This document shows, piece after piece, positions 1 through 11,853 of a stretch of DNA of 64,000 nucleotides. Position numbers and translations under genes: made by a program. A model generated the notes under the pieces. The model saw only the letters and a list, made by a program, of their open reading frames with translations. It made no database searches and had not been told where the DNA came from. The DNA comes from Mycoplasmataceae bacterium UBA3729 (GTDB taxonomy: Bacteria; Bacillota_I; Bacilli_A; Mycoplasmatales; Mycoplasmoidaceae), in NCBI GenBank assembly GCA_002372615.1, contig DFHG01000008.1, forward strand, positions 36,590 to 100,589. Reading direction: 5' to 3'. Each line of letters starts with the position of its first letter. Position 1 is the stretch's first letter.

Positions 1-198
1 TTTGACATCTTAGTATTTTACTAAGATGTTAGAGCTATTGTTATATTTAAATAAACCTTTAAAACATTTGTAAATTATTATTTTATTTCTTGTCTAATAA
101 TTAAATACAATACATAGTTTAAATTATTTTTAAATTTTGTTAAATTTGCACACTTTTATTATTTTTTGAGCTATGTTGCAGAAAAGTATGGTTTTTGC

Positions 199-1201
199 TT
201 AAAAATTAATGCAATAATTTTGTTTCAAAACATGCTTCTTTTCAATAAATAAATTTCAACTATTTTTTTGTTGACCAGCATAGTTTGTTTCTCTATGACA
301 ATTTAATAAATGTCTTATAGGGGAATTTATTCCGCCTTCAAGCACATTGTTCATACTTTTTATTTCATTATTGTCAAGAAAATTAAACAATGTTCCACTT
401 AAAAGTAATTTTCCTAAATTAAATGCAGCAGATCTTAGTTTTGCATGGGTAAATCAAATTTCACCGGATTCTGGATTAAAACTTTTTTTAACTAATAAAT
501 TCATAATATTTGTCCTTTCAAATTTTGAATTTAGATTGTCAATTATTTGCATGTTCAATAGATTTAATTTTTAATAATTATTCTCTAGATAAACATAATA
601 ATTCTTTTGACCAGCTTGTGTTTCGGGATTTAATGTTAGCTTTTTTCTAACATTCATTCAAACATGGAATAAGCATCTTTAGATTTTTATATTAAATCAC
701 ATTGATTTAATCGTTTTAATTAATCCATTTTGTCCATCACAAACAACATATTCAGGTTCATTAAAGTTTTTAAGAAAATTTCTTCAATTATTTGATGATT
801 CATAATCAACTAAACAAAAACCGATAACATATTTACCATTGCTTGCTATTAAATATGACTTCTTGTTAACTCTTAAACCATCATGATAGATAACAAGATG
901 TCTATTTCTTGATTCAGGAATAAAAAATATTCTTATTTTTAAATATCTTAGTGTTTCTCCAAAATGCCAATCTATGATAACCATACTCAAATATTTTCTT
1001 TGAATGGGTAAGATATTCAAAGTATTTGAACAACCATAATTTGATTTTTTGTTTCTTTTTATGATTTTTACCAATTTTTAAGTAACTGTGGCAATGTGGG
1101 CAATATCATTTTTGACTACCATTTTTGTATAACCCATATTTCTGCAATTTGTGACCACATTTTTGGCAATACCTATTGCCATTTCTTACTTTCTTTTCCA
1201 T
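199..1201 (-). mobile_element. Degenerate insertion-sequence remnant: DDE-type transposase gene broken by one frameshift and one in-frame TAA
   Basis: From ATG 1201 there is an N-terminal Cys4 zinc ribbon (CQKCGH..QKWYCPHCH). The frame changes near 1075-1100 into track ORF 784..1074, and the core continues through TGA codons (..VVCDGQNGLIKTI..IQRCLFHVWMN..). An in-frame TAA sits at 571-573. The same frame then resumes (..NNVLEGGINSPIRHLLNCHR..) and ends at 199. I could not assign the IS family by eye. Confidence 0.55.
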
Positions 1202-1275
1202 TTTTTTCAAAAAACCAACTTTTTTTGCAACATCATTCTATATTTTTGATTAATTGAGTTATAATTAATGTGTTT

Positions 1276-3372
1276 ATGAAATACAAATTATCAAAATTTT
1301 TATTATTATTTAGTACAGTAATTCCAACAATGTGTACATTTACAACTATTTCTTCAAGTTGTACACAAAAAAAAGAGGATGATGATGATGATGACACCAT
1401 TATCAATGATTATTTAACTTTAGAAGTTAAAGATGATTCATCTTTATGTTTCTGATGTAGTGATTTAATGAAACCATCTCAATCACCTAACTTGTATTAT
1501 GCTTGCTATGATCCACAAACTAAAAATAAGCAATTAGTTTGAAGAAAAATAGAAAGAATGGAAATAGAAACAAATTTTCCAACTATTGATGATATTAGTT
1601 TAAAATTAGAAAGTGGTAAAAAATATTTCTTACGTGGTGATAACTTAGATGGATGAGTAAAAGATAATTATGGAACATATACCCAATTTGGGAGTATAGC
1701 AATTAATGGTGGTGATGTAAGATTATCAGGATCAATAATGTCATTATTAGATAATGGAGAAGGTACAAAAAAATGACTCAATAATACATCGAAATGTTTT
1801 GATTCTTTATTTATATTTTCATCAGGTATAACAAAAATAGGTAACATTTTTTCTAATATTAATGAATTAGGTGATTCATGTTTTTCATCAATGTTTAATT
1901 ATTGTACTAATTTAGTTGAAGTTTCAAAGGATTTATTGCCATGGGATACATTGGCACCTGATTGCTTTTCTTACATGTTTGCTGGTTGCACTTCTTTAAC
2001 TACAGCACCTGATTTATCAGCAACAAATTTAATGGAAGGTTGTTATCAAGATATGTTTCATTCATGCCCACGTATAAATTCAATTAAACTTAATTATATG
2101 GGAAATTATCAAGAAGATTATTTTAGAAATTGATTTGCCTCTACAAGTTACATTGGTACATTTTATTACAATGGTAATAGTAGTGCTAATGATTTTGGAT
2201 TATATAATTGAACAGTTAAAAAGTTTTTTAGTTTATATAATGGTTCAAATGTATTATTTGGTTCTTTAAAAAAATCAGGTTTAGATTATAATGATTGAAA
2301 ACTTTTTTATCCTGATCAAAATTTTACTTTAAATGGATGAACACTAGATCATGATATTCCCGGTATTTCAGTTTATAATTCAGTTAATAATCAAGGTAGA
2401 GTTCTATGAAACAATTCATTAGATAAAACAATGTATGAATTTAAAGTTATTTTGCATATTCAATGCAATAATGAAAATTTAGATATTATAAGTAATAAGA
2501 TTGTTTTATGTTTATTTGATGATTCTACACTTCCTAGTGATATGAATGTTAGATGAGTAGGTCATAGAGGAACACCATCTGAATATTTTGAGTCTTCAAT
2601 AGAAAGTTTTGAATGTGCTGGGAATGATCCAAAATATGATGGAATTGAAACAGACATTCATATTACAGCAGACAATAAAATAGTTTGTGTACATGATTCA
2701 TGTTGTTTTTGAAATGATAGTAGAACTGAAAATGATAAAAATACAAAAATAGAGAGTCTTACATATGCTGAAGTAAGAAATAAATGATTAATTAATGGCT
2801 TGTCTGAATATCCTTATGATTGTCGAACTCACCAATATATCCCTCCTTTGCTTAGTGAATATTTAAATATTTGTTACAAATATAATAAAACAGCTGTAAT
2901 TGAAATCAAAAACGATTATAAGTGAGGTGACGATCAATCTGATTGAAAACCAGAAAAATTGGATGTTTTTTGAAATGAATTAACACCATGAATTAGAATA
3001 GGTTTAAAGTTTAATATTATAAGTTTTGATAATTTAACCTTAAAATATTTGATTGATACATATCAACTTACTCCAGATTTCTTTCAAATGTTGATAAATG
3101 GTTATGCTGATCCTAGTCATGATATTCATAATGATTTACAATACTTTTTAGATAACAACTTTAGTATTGATTGTACTGATTGACAAATAAGTGAAGTAGG
3201 TGGTGGTAATTTTAATCCTAGTAAAGCTAAAAGCTGAATAAATGCTTTTCATGCTAAAGGCTTGAAAGTTAATATATATACAATTAATAGTTTGTCAAGA
3301 GCTCAACAATTAATTAATTGTGGTGTTGATTATGTATCCTCTAATTATCGATATGATCGATGTCCAAAATAA
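1276..3372 (+). CDS. Surface lipoprotein: BspA-type leucine-rich repeats fused to a C-terminal glycerophosphodiester phosphodiesterase (GDPD) domain
   Basis: Signal peptide plus lipobox (..TTISSSC), followed by a D-rich linker. LRR units follow the pattern C(F/Y)xxMFxxCTSLxxAPDL. The C-terminal part carries GDPD motifs VGHRGTP, ESSIESFECA, GIETDIHITADNKIVCVHD, IEIK and NIYTINS. The ORF is continuous from 1276 (alternative GTG at 1270) to TAA 3370-3372 with TGA=Trp, checked codon by codon from 2134. Confidence 0.8.
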
Positions 3373-3397
3373 TAAAATTTTAAATTTGTATATTTTG

Positions 3398-3425
3398 TTG
3401 ATACAATAATGTATATTTGTATATT
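3398..3425 (+). promoter_or_regulatory. Candidate sigma-70 promoter for the second LRR lipoprotein gene
   Basis: TTGATA (3398-3403), a 16-nt spacer, then TATATT (3420-3425). An AAAGGAG ribosome-binding site lies at 3433-3439, 5 nt before ATG 3445. Confidence 0.3.
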
Positions 3426-3444
3426 CATAGTTAAAGGAGTAAAA

Positions 3445-4656
3445 ATGTTATTAAAAAAATCAAAATTATTAAAATTATTTTCATGTTTCACATTAGGTTT
3501 TGGTATATGTGGATTAGTTTCACCTGCCATCACTAGTTGTAATAAAAAAAATAAAGAAGATGATGAAATAACTATTAAATTAAATAAAACTGATATTAAT
3601 TTGAGCACAACAGATTCAACAAATAATTCATTTCAGTTAATTCCTGCTATTACACCTATAGATAAGGCTGATTTACCTGTAACTTGAACTTCAGCAAATC
3701 CAGCAATAGCCACTGTTAATGCTGGACTTGTAGTAGCTGCAAAACCTGGTAAAACAAAGGTTACTGCATCTATTGGTAAAAAATCTGCTAGTTGTAATGT
3801 TACTGTAGTTCAAACTGATACAAATAATTATTTAGTTTTAGATGTTGTTGAAGATTCGGCAATGTGTTTTTGGTGTGACCTATCATATGCAACTGTTTCT
3901 CCTAATTTATCTTATATAGATTATGATGATTATGTTTCTGGTAAAACAAATTGGACTAATCTAAATAGAATTGATTTACCAAATAGTAAACCCTCTAAGG
4001 TAAATATATCTTTAGAATTAATACATGGTAAAAAATATTTATTGCGTGGTGATAATTTAAATGGATGATTACAATATAATTCATTAGCTAATCAATATAC
4101 ACAAGGTGGGAATATTGCGTTCTTAGATGGTGATGTAAAATTATATGGATCAATAATGTCATTGCTTGATAATGGAAGAGGTATAAAAGCTTCACTTGCT
4201 GATACTAATCGTTGTTTTAGTTCATTATTTAGATATTCAACAGGTATAACTAGAGTTGATGAAATATTTTCAAGTGTTAATCAATTAGGTAATGGATGTT
4301 TTAGAACAATGTTTGATAGTTGTACTAATTTAAGTGAAGTTAAAACTAATTTGTTACCATGAGTTGATTTAACAGAAGAATGTTTTTATCATATGTTTTA
4401 TGGTTGCTCATCACTAACAACAGCACCTGATTTACCAGGTGTAAATTTAGTAAAAAATTGTTATCGAGATATGTTTAATAAATGTGGTGTATTGAATTCT
4501 ATTAAATTAAATAATTACATGGGTGGTTATAATAACGATTATTTCCAAAATTGAGCAGATGATGTAGCAACGAATGGTACACTTTATTATAAAGGTAGTT
4601 CTACAGCTCAAGATTTTAAATTACCATCAGGATGACGTGTTGTAATTAATTCTTAG
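3445..4656 (+). CDS. Surface lipoprotein: Big_2 (bacterial Ig-like) domain plus BspA-type LRR, tandem paralog of 1276..3372
   Basis: Lipobox ..PAITSC. Big_2-like segment: LPVTWTSANPAIATVNAGLVVAAKPGKTKVTASIGKKSASCNVTV. The following LRR module is colinear with the upstream gene (GKKYLLRGDNLNGW, GSIMSLLDNG, CFxxMFxxCTNLSEV, LTTAPDL). Stop TAG at 4654-4656. Confidence 0.8.
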
Positions 4657-4753
4657 TTTATAATTTAAGAAAATATAAGCAAAGCATCATGAATCAAAAT
4701 AATTTATAAATGTCATATATATATAAGTTAATTAATCTAAATTTTTGAGAGGG

Positions 4754-4787
4754 AAAATCTTCTAGTCTTTTGATTAGAAGATTTTTT
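4754..4787 (+). terminator. Rho-independent terminator after the LRR lipoprotein pair
   Basis: 13-bp stem AAATCTTCTAGTC / GATTAGAAGATTT (one G-U pair), a TTTT loop, then a T-run. Confidence 0.7.
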
Positions 4788-4868
4788 GTTTAATTTGTGA
4801 AAATTAAACAATATTTAAATAATAATCGTCCTGTTAATACAACTAAAAATAACAAAACATATATAAAC

Positions 4869-5440
4869 ATGAATCAAAAAAATGATGAATGTTATACGTG
4901 AAAAGTTGAAAGTGATAGATTAGTTAATTATTTAATAAGGAAAAAAATTGTTTCTAAAAAGGCGAAAATTTGATTACCATTCAACGACTATAAAAGTGCC
5001 ATATATTTTTTACTTTTAGAAAATAGATACAAAAACTTGATTACTACAGATGATGATTTCTACAAACTTGCTAATAATATTGAGTATGATATTATTATTT
5101 CCAACCCTCCATTTCACAATCAATCTAAATATTTACAAAATTACTAGAATTAAATAAACCTTTTATTTTATTACAAACAATAATGTTTTTTAATAATGGA
5201 ACATGCATAAAAATGTTGATAAAATATGGGGCAAAATTTGGTGCTCTATGTCCTAATAAAAGAATGGGTTTTGAGAGAAATATTGGATTTTTATGTCCAA
5301 ATAAAAATATGGGATTCATTACAAATGGTAAGAAGTATGAATACACTTCTGCATTTTATTCATTTTGATTGTGTTTTAAAACAAAAGTAATATGATTTGT
5401 AAATATCGAAATTGAAAGTGATAAAAAAACATGAAATTAA
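4869..5440 (+). pseudogene. Frameshifted N6-adenine-type DNA methyltransferase remnant (NPPF motif)
   Basis: Frame 0 reads MNQKNDECYTW...YDIIISNPPFHNQSKYLQNY and stops at TAG 5145-5147. The reading continues in another frame from 5144 (LELNKPFILLQTIMFFNNG...YTSAFYSFWLCFKT) to TAA 5438-5440. A third short ORF (5431-5589) may be a further fragment. Confidence 0.5.
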
Positions 5441-5911
5441 AACTTAATACATTTAATAAAATCATAGGTATGGAATTTAGAGTTAATAATATAGTTAAAT
5501 TTTATGCTAATATTGCTGTCTGATTCGTTGAAACAGCAGAAGATGCAAGGAAAAATGGGTTTTCACACATTTTTTATTTAAAAATTTAATTAAAATATCA
5601 ACATTTTTTTCATCAATATGTTTGAATTCGTAATTATTGATCAATGTTTTAATGTTTACTTTATCAATATATTTTCCTGACCAATATAATTATCAAAGTA
5701 AAGTGATCTTAATAAATGAGATGGTTTTAGTTTGTGAGGGCACGTATTATCACATATAGCTCATGACATAATAAACATTTTTTACTAAATTTTTGTACAT
5801 GTTTTCACTTAATGACTTATTTAATTTAATGTTTTTTATATTATGAAATTATTATAAATATGATTTTTATAATATTTGGTAAAACAAAATTAATTAATTT
5901 GACAGAAATGA

Positions 5912-6574
5912 TTAATAATTTATTAATAATTCATCAACATCAATTCCTAATTTTTGTTTAATTAATTTTTTAAAATAATATCTAAATTTCCTAATAATTA
6001 ATGTTACATTTCGGTATGATAATTTTAATTTAACAGCAATATCACTAATTTGTCAACCATTCGCAGATAATAAATAAATTGTTTTTTGAGTTTTATTTTT
6101 AATACTATTAACAGTTTTATAAAATAATTGAATTATATACTTTGTATATATTTTATTTTGTATACTAATTTCACTAACAACATTAATTTTATTGTTAACT
6201 AGAATTGAATTATTATTAGTTTCATCATTGTTATTAATTAATGAAAAAGACAATTCGGTTTTATTTATACCAGATTTTCCAAAGAATAATGATTGTAGTA
6301 AATATGTTTTACAAATAGTATGAATTGCTTGATCAAAACTACAATTATTATTGGTAATATCATATATATAAATCGATTTAATTATTCCTTCAAGGGCAAT
6401 TTGCATTAATTCTCCTTTTGATAAATCTCATGTTTTAGCATATTTACTTCTAAATATGTAAAAAAGATAATTGAAAATTTTTTTGATATATAAATCAATA
6501 ATTATTTTCTTACCATCAATTAAATTAGCAAATTTAATTAAATACAAAAGTTCATTTTGTGTAGTTTGTTCCAT
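5912..6574 (-). CDS. Alternative sigma-70-family RNA polymerase sigma factor (regions 2 and 4 only), 220 aa
   Basis: Region-2-like segment: GELMQIALEGIIKSIYIYD..SFDQAIHTICKTYLLQ. Region-4 HTH: KTIYLLSANGWQISDIAVKLKLSYRNVTLIIRKFR. Merged across TGA 6053-6055, 663 nt in frame. Confidence 0.7.
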
Positions 6575-6624
6575 AGTATTGAAACATTATAAACAAAATT
6601 ATTAAATAGATTTCCTGTTTTTTT

Positions 6625-7911
6625 CTATTTTTTTCCTAAAAGAGTAAACATTTCTTTTTTATATTGTTCAACGCCAGGTTGATCAAAAGGATTAACTTTT
6701 AATAAATATGAACTCATCATAGCAGCCTTTGCCAATCAAATAAATAAATATCCATAATCAAAAGCACTATTCGATTTACTAATATGAATAATAAAATTAT
6801 TCACATTACCATTTTTTATATGTGCATTTAATGTGCCCATAAATGCATTTTGAGTAATTGAAGATAAGGTTTTATTATTTAAATATTTTATTCCATCATC
6901 ACTATCATTTATTTTTAATTTAATATCATTTGCATATGAATCAATGAATAAAGTTGTTTCAAAGAAGTTTCTGCTACCATCTTGTAGATATTGACCTAAT
7001 GAATGTAAATCTGTTGTAAATAAACTATAAGTTGGATATAGTCCATGTTTATTTTTTCCTTCACTTTCACCAAATAATTGTTGTCATTGTGAACCAATCA
7101 TGAGTAAGTAAGGATCATAAACTATAAAATTTTCAAGTTGCATTTTTTTATTTGTGTGTAAATAATGACGGTAACAAGCATACAAATATGCAGAATTTTG
7201 TATTAATTTTGAAGTTTTTAAATCATTTAATGCTTGTTTACATCCTTGCATTATTTTACATATATCAATTCCTGCGACTGCCATGGGAAATAATCCAACT
7301 GGAGTTAATGTGGAATATCTACCACCAATATTTGATGGGATATAAAACATTTTGTATCCTTTAGCAGAAGCAAAATCATGCAATGTACCTTTATGTGCAT
7401 CGGTAATAGCAACAATTAATTTTTTTGCTTTATTAACACTAACAATTTCTTCTAATCTTTTTCTAAAAATTCTAAAAGATACAGCTGGTTCAAGTGTGGT
7501 ACCAGATTTACTTATAATGATGATACCAAATTTTTGATTACCAAGTTTTCTTAAAATAGCATTAATATAACTTGTATTTATGTTATGAACATAAATCATG
7601 TTGATTTTCGTTAAATCGTTAAGTACCATATCAATTGCTGCTTTAATACCAATATAACTACCACCAATACCAATAACAAGAATATTTTTGATTTTCATTT
7701 CATTTCATTCTTTGGCTTTATTGATAATATCTTTTAATTCATTTTGGTGATAATATGTATCCATATGCAACCAGCCTGTCATATTAACACCAACAGCCTT
7801 GTTTGTATTGATTTTATTATCAATTTTATTTATTGTATTTTGGTATTTCTTAATAATTGCACTTTCATTTAAAGATTTATTAGTTGTACATTTTGTTTCA
7901 AATTTAATCAT
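6625..7911 (-). CDS. pgi: Glucose-6-phosphate isomerase
   Basis: [33 protein letters not shown] and NPFDQPGVE motifs. The track fragments 7705..7911 and 7084..7698 join with the downstream part in one frame (1287 nt). Confidence 0.92.
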
Positions 7912-7929
7912 AAAAAATATTTTATATTT

Positions 7930-8586
7930 TTATCAAGAAATAACTTTAATATTTTTTGATTTCAAATAATTATTTGTTTTTGAAAATGGTTTTGATCCAA
8001 AAAATCCACAATGAGCACTTAATGGTGATGGATGGGAAGAGAAAATTACTAAATTATTATTTTGATTAATTAATTTGATTTTACTTTTTGCTCAATTGCC
8101 TCATAAAATATAGACAATATTTTTATATTTTTGCAATTCTTTAATCACCTCATCAGTAATTTTTTCTCATTGCAAATAATAATGTGAACCCGGATGGTTA
8201 TATTCTACAGTCAATATTGAATTCAATAATAAAACTCCTTGTTGTGCTCATGAAGATAAATTACCATTTGTTCTTACAATATTTAAATCATTTTTTAATT
8301 CAGTGAAAATATTTTTTAATGATTTAGGTAATGGACACTCTTCATTTACACTAAATGCTAATCCATTAGCTTGATTCATTTTATAGTATGGATCTTGCCC
8401 AATAATAACCACTTTTGTATCTTCAATATTAAAATAATTAAAACAACGAAATATTTCTTCCTTTTTAGGGAAAATTATTTTATGTTCATATAATTTGCTA
8501 ACTTGATTTAAAATATGATCAACAATATTTTTAATTTGAATTTTATTAAAAAAATATTTTCAATTAGTTTTTAAATTAATTTCCAT
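7930..8586 (-). CDS. ung: Uracil-DNA glycosylase
   Basis: [15 protein letters not shown] and HPSPLSA motifs. 657 nt in frame with TGA=Trp. Confidence 0.9.
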
Positions 8587-8589
8587 TTA

Positions 8590-10419
8590 TTATTGAATTG
8601 GTTTTAATATATCATGTGAATTAATAGTTAAATTGCTTCCATTATTAAAGAAAGTTGGATCATTTAAATACATCCATTTATAAATAAAATATTTATCATT
8701 TTTGAATGCATCATATGTAGTTGCATACATTTGTTTTTCTTTGGCAGGAAAAGCATCATATTTTGCTAAATCTAAAATCAAATTAGAAAATCTTTTATAT
8801 AGCTTACTTGATTCAGAAAAATCAAAAACATATCTTGAGAATGCTGTTGTGATATCTTCTTTTCCTTTTTTATATACATTAGTTTGTTTGTATGAATCAG
8901 CAAAAAAAGCAAAATAAGCTGGAAAGACTGCACTGAAACCAGAAAAATATGGAATTTTTGTTTTAAAATATAATATTTGGTTACCATCATTTTTAAATGA
9001 AAATTCAATGTTTAATAAAGAATAATTAGCTAAAGCAATAAAATCCCCAAAATGTATTTGGTTATTATTAATTCATTGCAAAATTGTTGGATCAAATTTA
9101 TTTTTTGTTTTAGTATCTTCAGTATCATATCAATCATCATAGTTTGGTTGTGTATTATTTCTAGATGAATCATCACCAGTTACTTGTTGATAACTTAAAT
9201 GTTCAATTTTAGGCTCAGAATTTGTTTTATCTTTGAATGTACTCCAATGATTTGTTTTTTTAATGGCTTTATTAATTTTTTCAATTTCATCTGGTTTAGA
9301 TAATCAATCAGAAAAAAATAAAGATGATGTGTTTTTTAATGGATTATAAAAAGCATTAGTTACATTATTTAAATGAATTAATGTAGGAACATTTGCAACG
9401 GAAATAACATCAGTTCGTTCATCATTATTAAATGTATAAACACAATATGGTGACATATTTTCACTAGCGTTTCAATCGAATTTTTTATTATTTTCATTAT
9501 AAGTGTATTTGCCTACAAATGATTCATTTGTAGGAATTATGTAAGATTTATTTTTGTTATATTCATTTCCTATACTAAATGATTTTTCTCTTAAATCATA
9601 AACTGTATTTAAAAGAATGAATGGGCAATTTATTAATTTATTATTAGTATTAATTCCACAATTTAATATATCTCAGTCAATAGAGTAAGGACCAAATTTG
9701 TAAGCAGATTTTCCATCACTAATTAAGTTAGCTGCAGAATATGAATAGCGATACAAATCTAAGTTATCTTCATTTGAAGAATGGATAAACCCATTCTCAT
9801 TGTTAGTGTACATAATTGAAAGTCTTTTATTAATTTCGTCATTATTTTTAAGTCCAATAATTTTATTTTGATTATTAAGCATGCAATTCAATGTTGTTAT
9901 TAAATTACTACTAACAGAATTGACTGCATTAATGGCAATAGAATTAAATAAATTTTCATAAGATGATAAATTACCTATTGATGCTGCATTATCAGAATAA
10001 GTTAATTTTTTATCATTATAATCTAATCATTTTTTATTAATCAAATCACTTTCATTTATAACTCATGGATGATTAGCATCACCATTACTATCTCATTGAT
10101 AATTATTAAATCCTGTATAACCGACCATTCTGCTTATAGTAGGATTAAATTTATTATCAAATGCAGATTTATAGATATATGAATTGGGCATGAATTTTAC
10201 TATGTTTGTTTCATTTATAGCTATATTATTTTTATTTCTTGCATATTGTAAAAAAGGATCATTGATAACAACATTATTATTAAATGGTGATTTAGATCAT
10301 ACAGGAATAAAATATTGTGAAATGGTTGAACAACTTGTTAAAGTAGCATTTGGTAAAAGTGCTATGCTATAAGGGATTGTAATTGTCACTATTTTAAGTA
10401 TTTTTTTATTTTTTAGCAT
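8590..10419 (-). CDS. Lipoprotein of unknown function (609 aa)
   Basis: N-terminus MLKNKKILKIVTITIPYSIALLPNATLTSC (lipobox). The track fragments 9673..9891 and 8590..8781 share a frame with ATG 10419 (1830 nt). I recognised no catalytic motif. Confidence 0.7.
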
Positions 10420-10425
10420 TGTAAA

Positions 10426-11853
10426 TTACTCCTCTTTATTATAGTTACTTGTATCAGGAATAAATTGGCCAAATGTTTTGTTAAAAATTAAGTTAATTTC
10501 ACCTGTTGAACCATTTCTATTTTTTTCAATAATATAAGTAATAGGCTGAAGGATGTAAGGTATTTTAGTTTTACTATCTTGGTTGTTTTGAGTATTTTGG
10601 TTTTTTATATATAAAAATGTAACTAAATCAGCATCTTGTTCTATAGAACCAGATTCACGAAGATCAGATAAAATTGGTCGAGCATTTTCATCATTTGATT
10701 TTTTTCTTTCCTCAATTTTACGTGATAATTGTGCAAGAGCAATTAATGGAGTATTAATATTTCTAGATATTAATTTAAGCATTCGCGAAATATTAGATAC
10801 TTCTTGTTGCCTATTAGTTATGTAAAATTTTTCATTTACACCTTTAATTAATTGTAAATAATCTACAATTACTAATCTTACATCATTATCAGCTGCAATT
10901 TGTTTTAATTTTGCTTGAATATCAAATACTGACAAATCACTTCTATCATCAATAATAATAGGTAATGATGAAATTTCATCATATTCTTGTTCTATAGTTT
11001 CATTGTTATCATCAGTTAATCTACCATTTTTAATGGATGATAAATCAATTGAACATTCGCAAGACATCATTCTTTGCATAATTTGATTTTTGCTCATTTC
11101 AATTGAAAACATTACTACTACTCCTTTTTTACCAGATTTGTTGGTATTATCTTCTTTAATTCTTTTAGCAGCATTAAGTGCAAAATTAATTGCTAAAGCA
11201 GTTTTTCCTGTACCTGGACGAGCAGCAAGAATGATTAATTCACCTCTTTGAAAACCATCAGTATATTTATTAATTAATGGGAAGCCTGAGTCTGTTCCTG
11301 TCAAATCATATGTTTTTCTATTAGTTAATTTTGATAAATTTTTATAAAACTCATCAGCAACTTCTTTAATTCATGTGATTTTGTCATCTTTTTTAGAATT
11401 AAGAATTGAAGTAAATTCAGAAATTCAATTTTCTGTTTTTTCTTTAAATTTTGTGTAATCTAAACCATCATTGATTATTTTTTGAGCAAAATCATCTGCT
11501 TGGCGTTTAATTGAAGCATTTTTAACAAAATCAATGTACGAATCAAGTTTGACTGAATCTGTATAAATGGAACTTAATGTAAGAATTTGTTGGTTGTAAT
11601 TAGGAAAATTTTTAACGATTTCATTATTATTCTTAATATATTCAATAACACTTAATGCTTCTACTAATTTACCTTGACGATAAATATTTTTAATTACATC
11701 AAAAAGCATGCAATGAAATTCATTATAAAAGTCAATATTTTGTAATTTACTTAAAACTTCATCTATCACTGTAGGTTCATTTAACATAGAACTCAAGATA
11801 TAACTTTCAAATTCATAAAGTGAATTAATATCAAGATTTTTATTCTTCTTCAT
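10426..11853 (-). CDS. dnaB: Replicative DNA helicase DnaB
   Basis: Walker A GARPGTGKTA and the DnaB C-terminal RecA-like domain. The N- and C-terminal fragments join across a TGA (1428 nt). Confidence 0.93.

Noticed and set aside
5-29. Perfect 11-bp inverted repeat ACATCTTAGTA-TTT-TACTAAGATGT at the window edge.
   Set aside because: It could be a terminator of a gene lying upstream of the window or an IS end. There is no T-run on either side, and the context is cut off. I found no matching repeat at the other IS boundary (about 1200-1270).
1378-1395. (GAT)5-GAC trinucleotide run encoding poly-Asp just after the lipobox of the first LRR lipoprotein.
   Set aside because: Length changes would stay in frame, so it cannot act as an on/off switch. 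Acidic linkers after the lipobox are common. It may vary in length, but I have no evidence for that.
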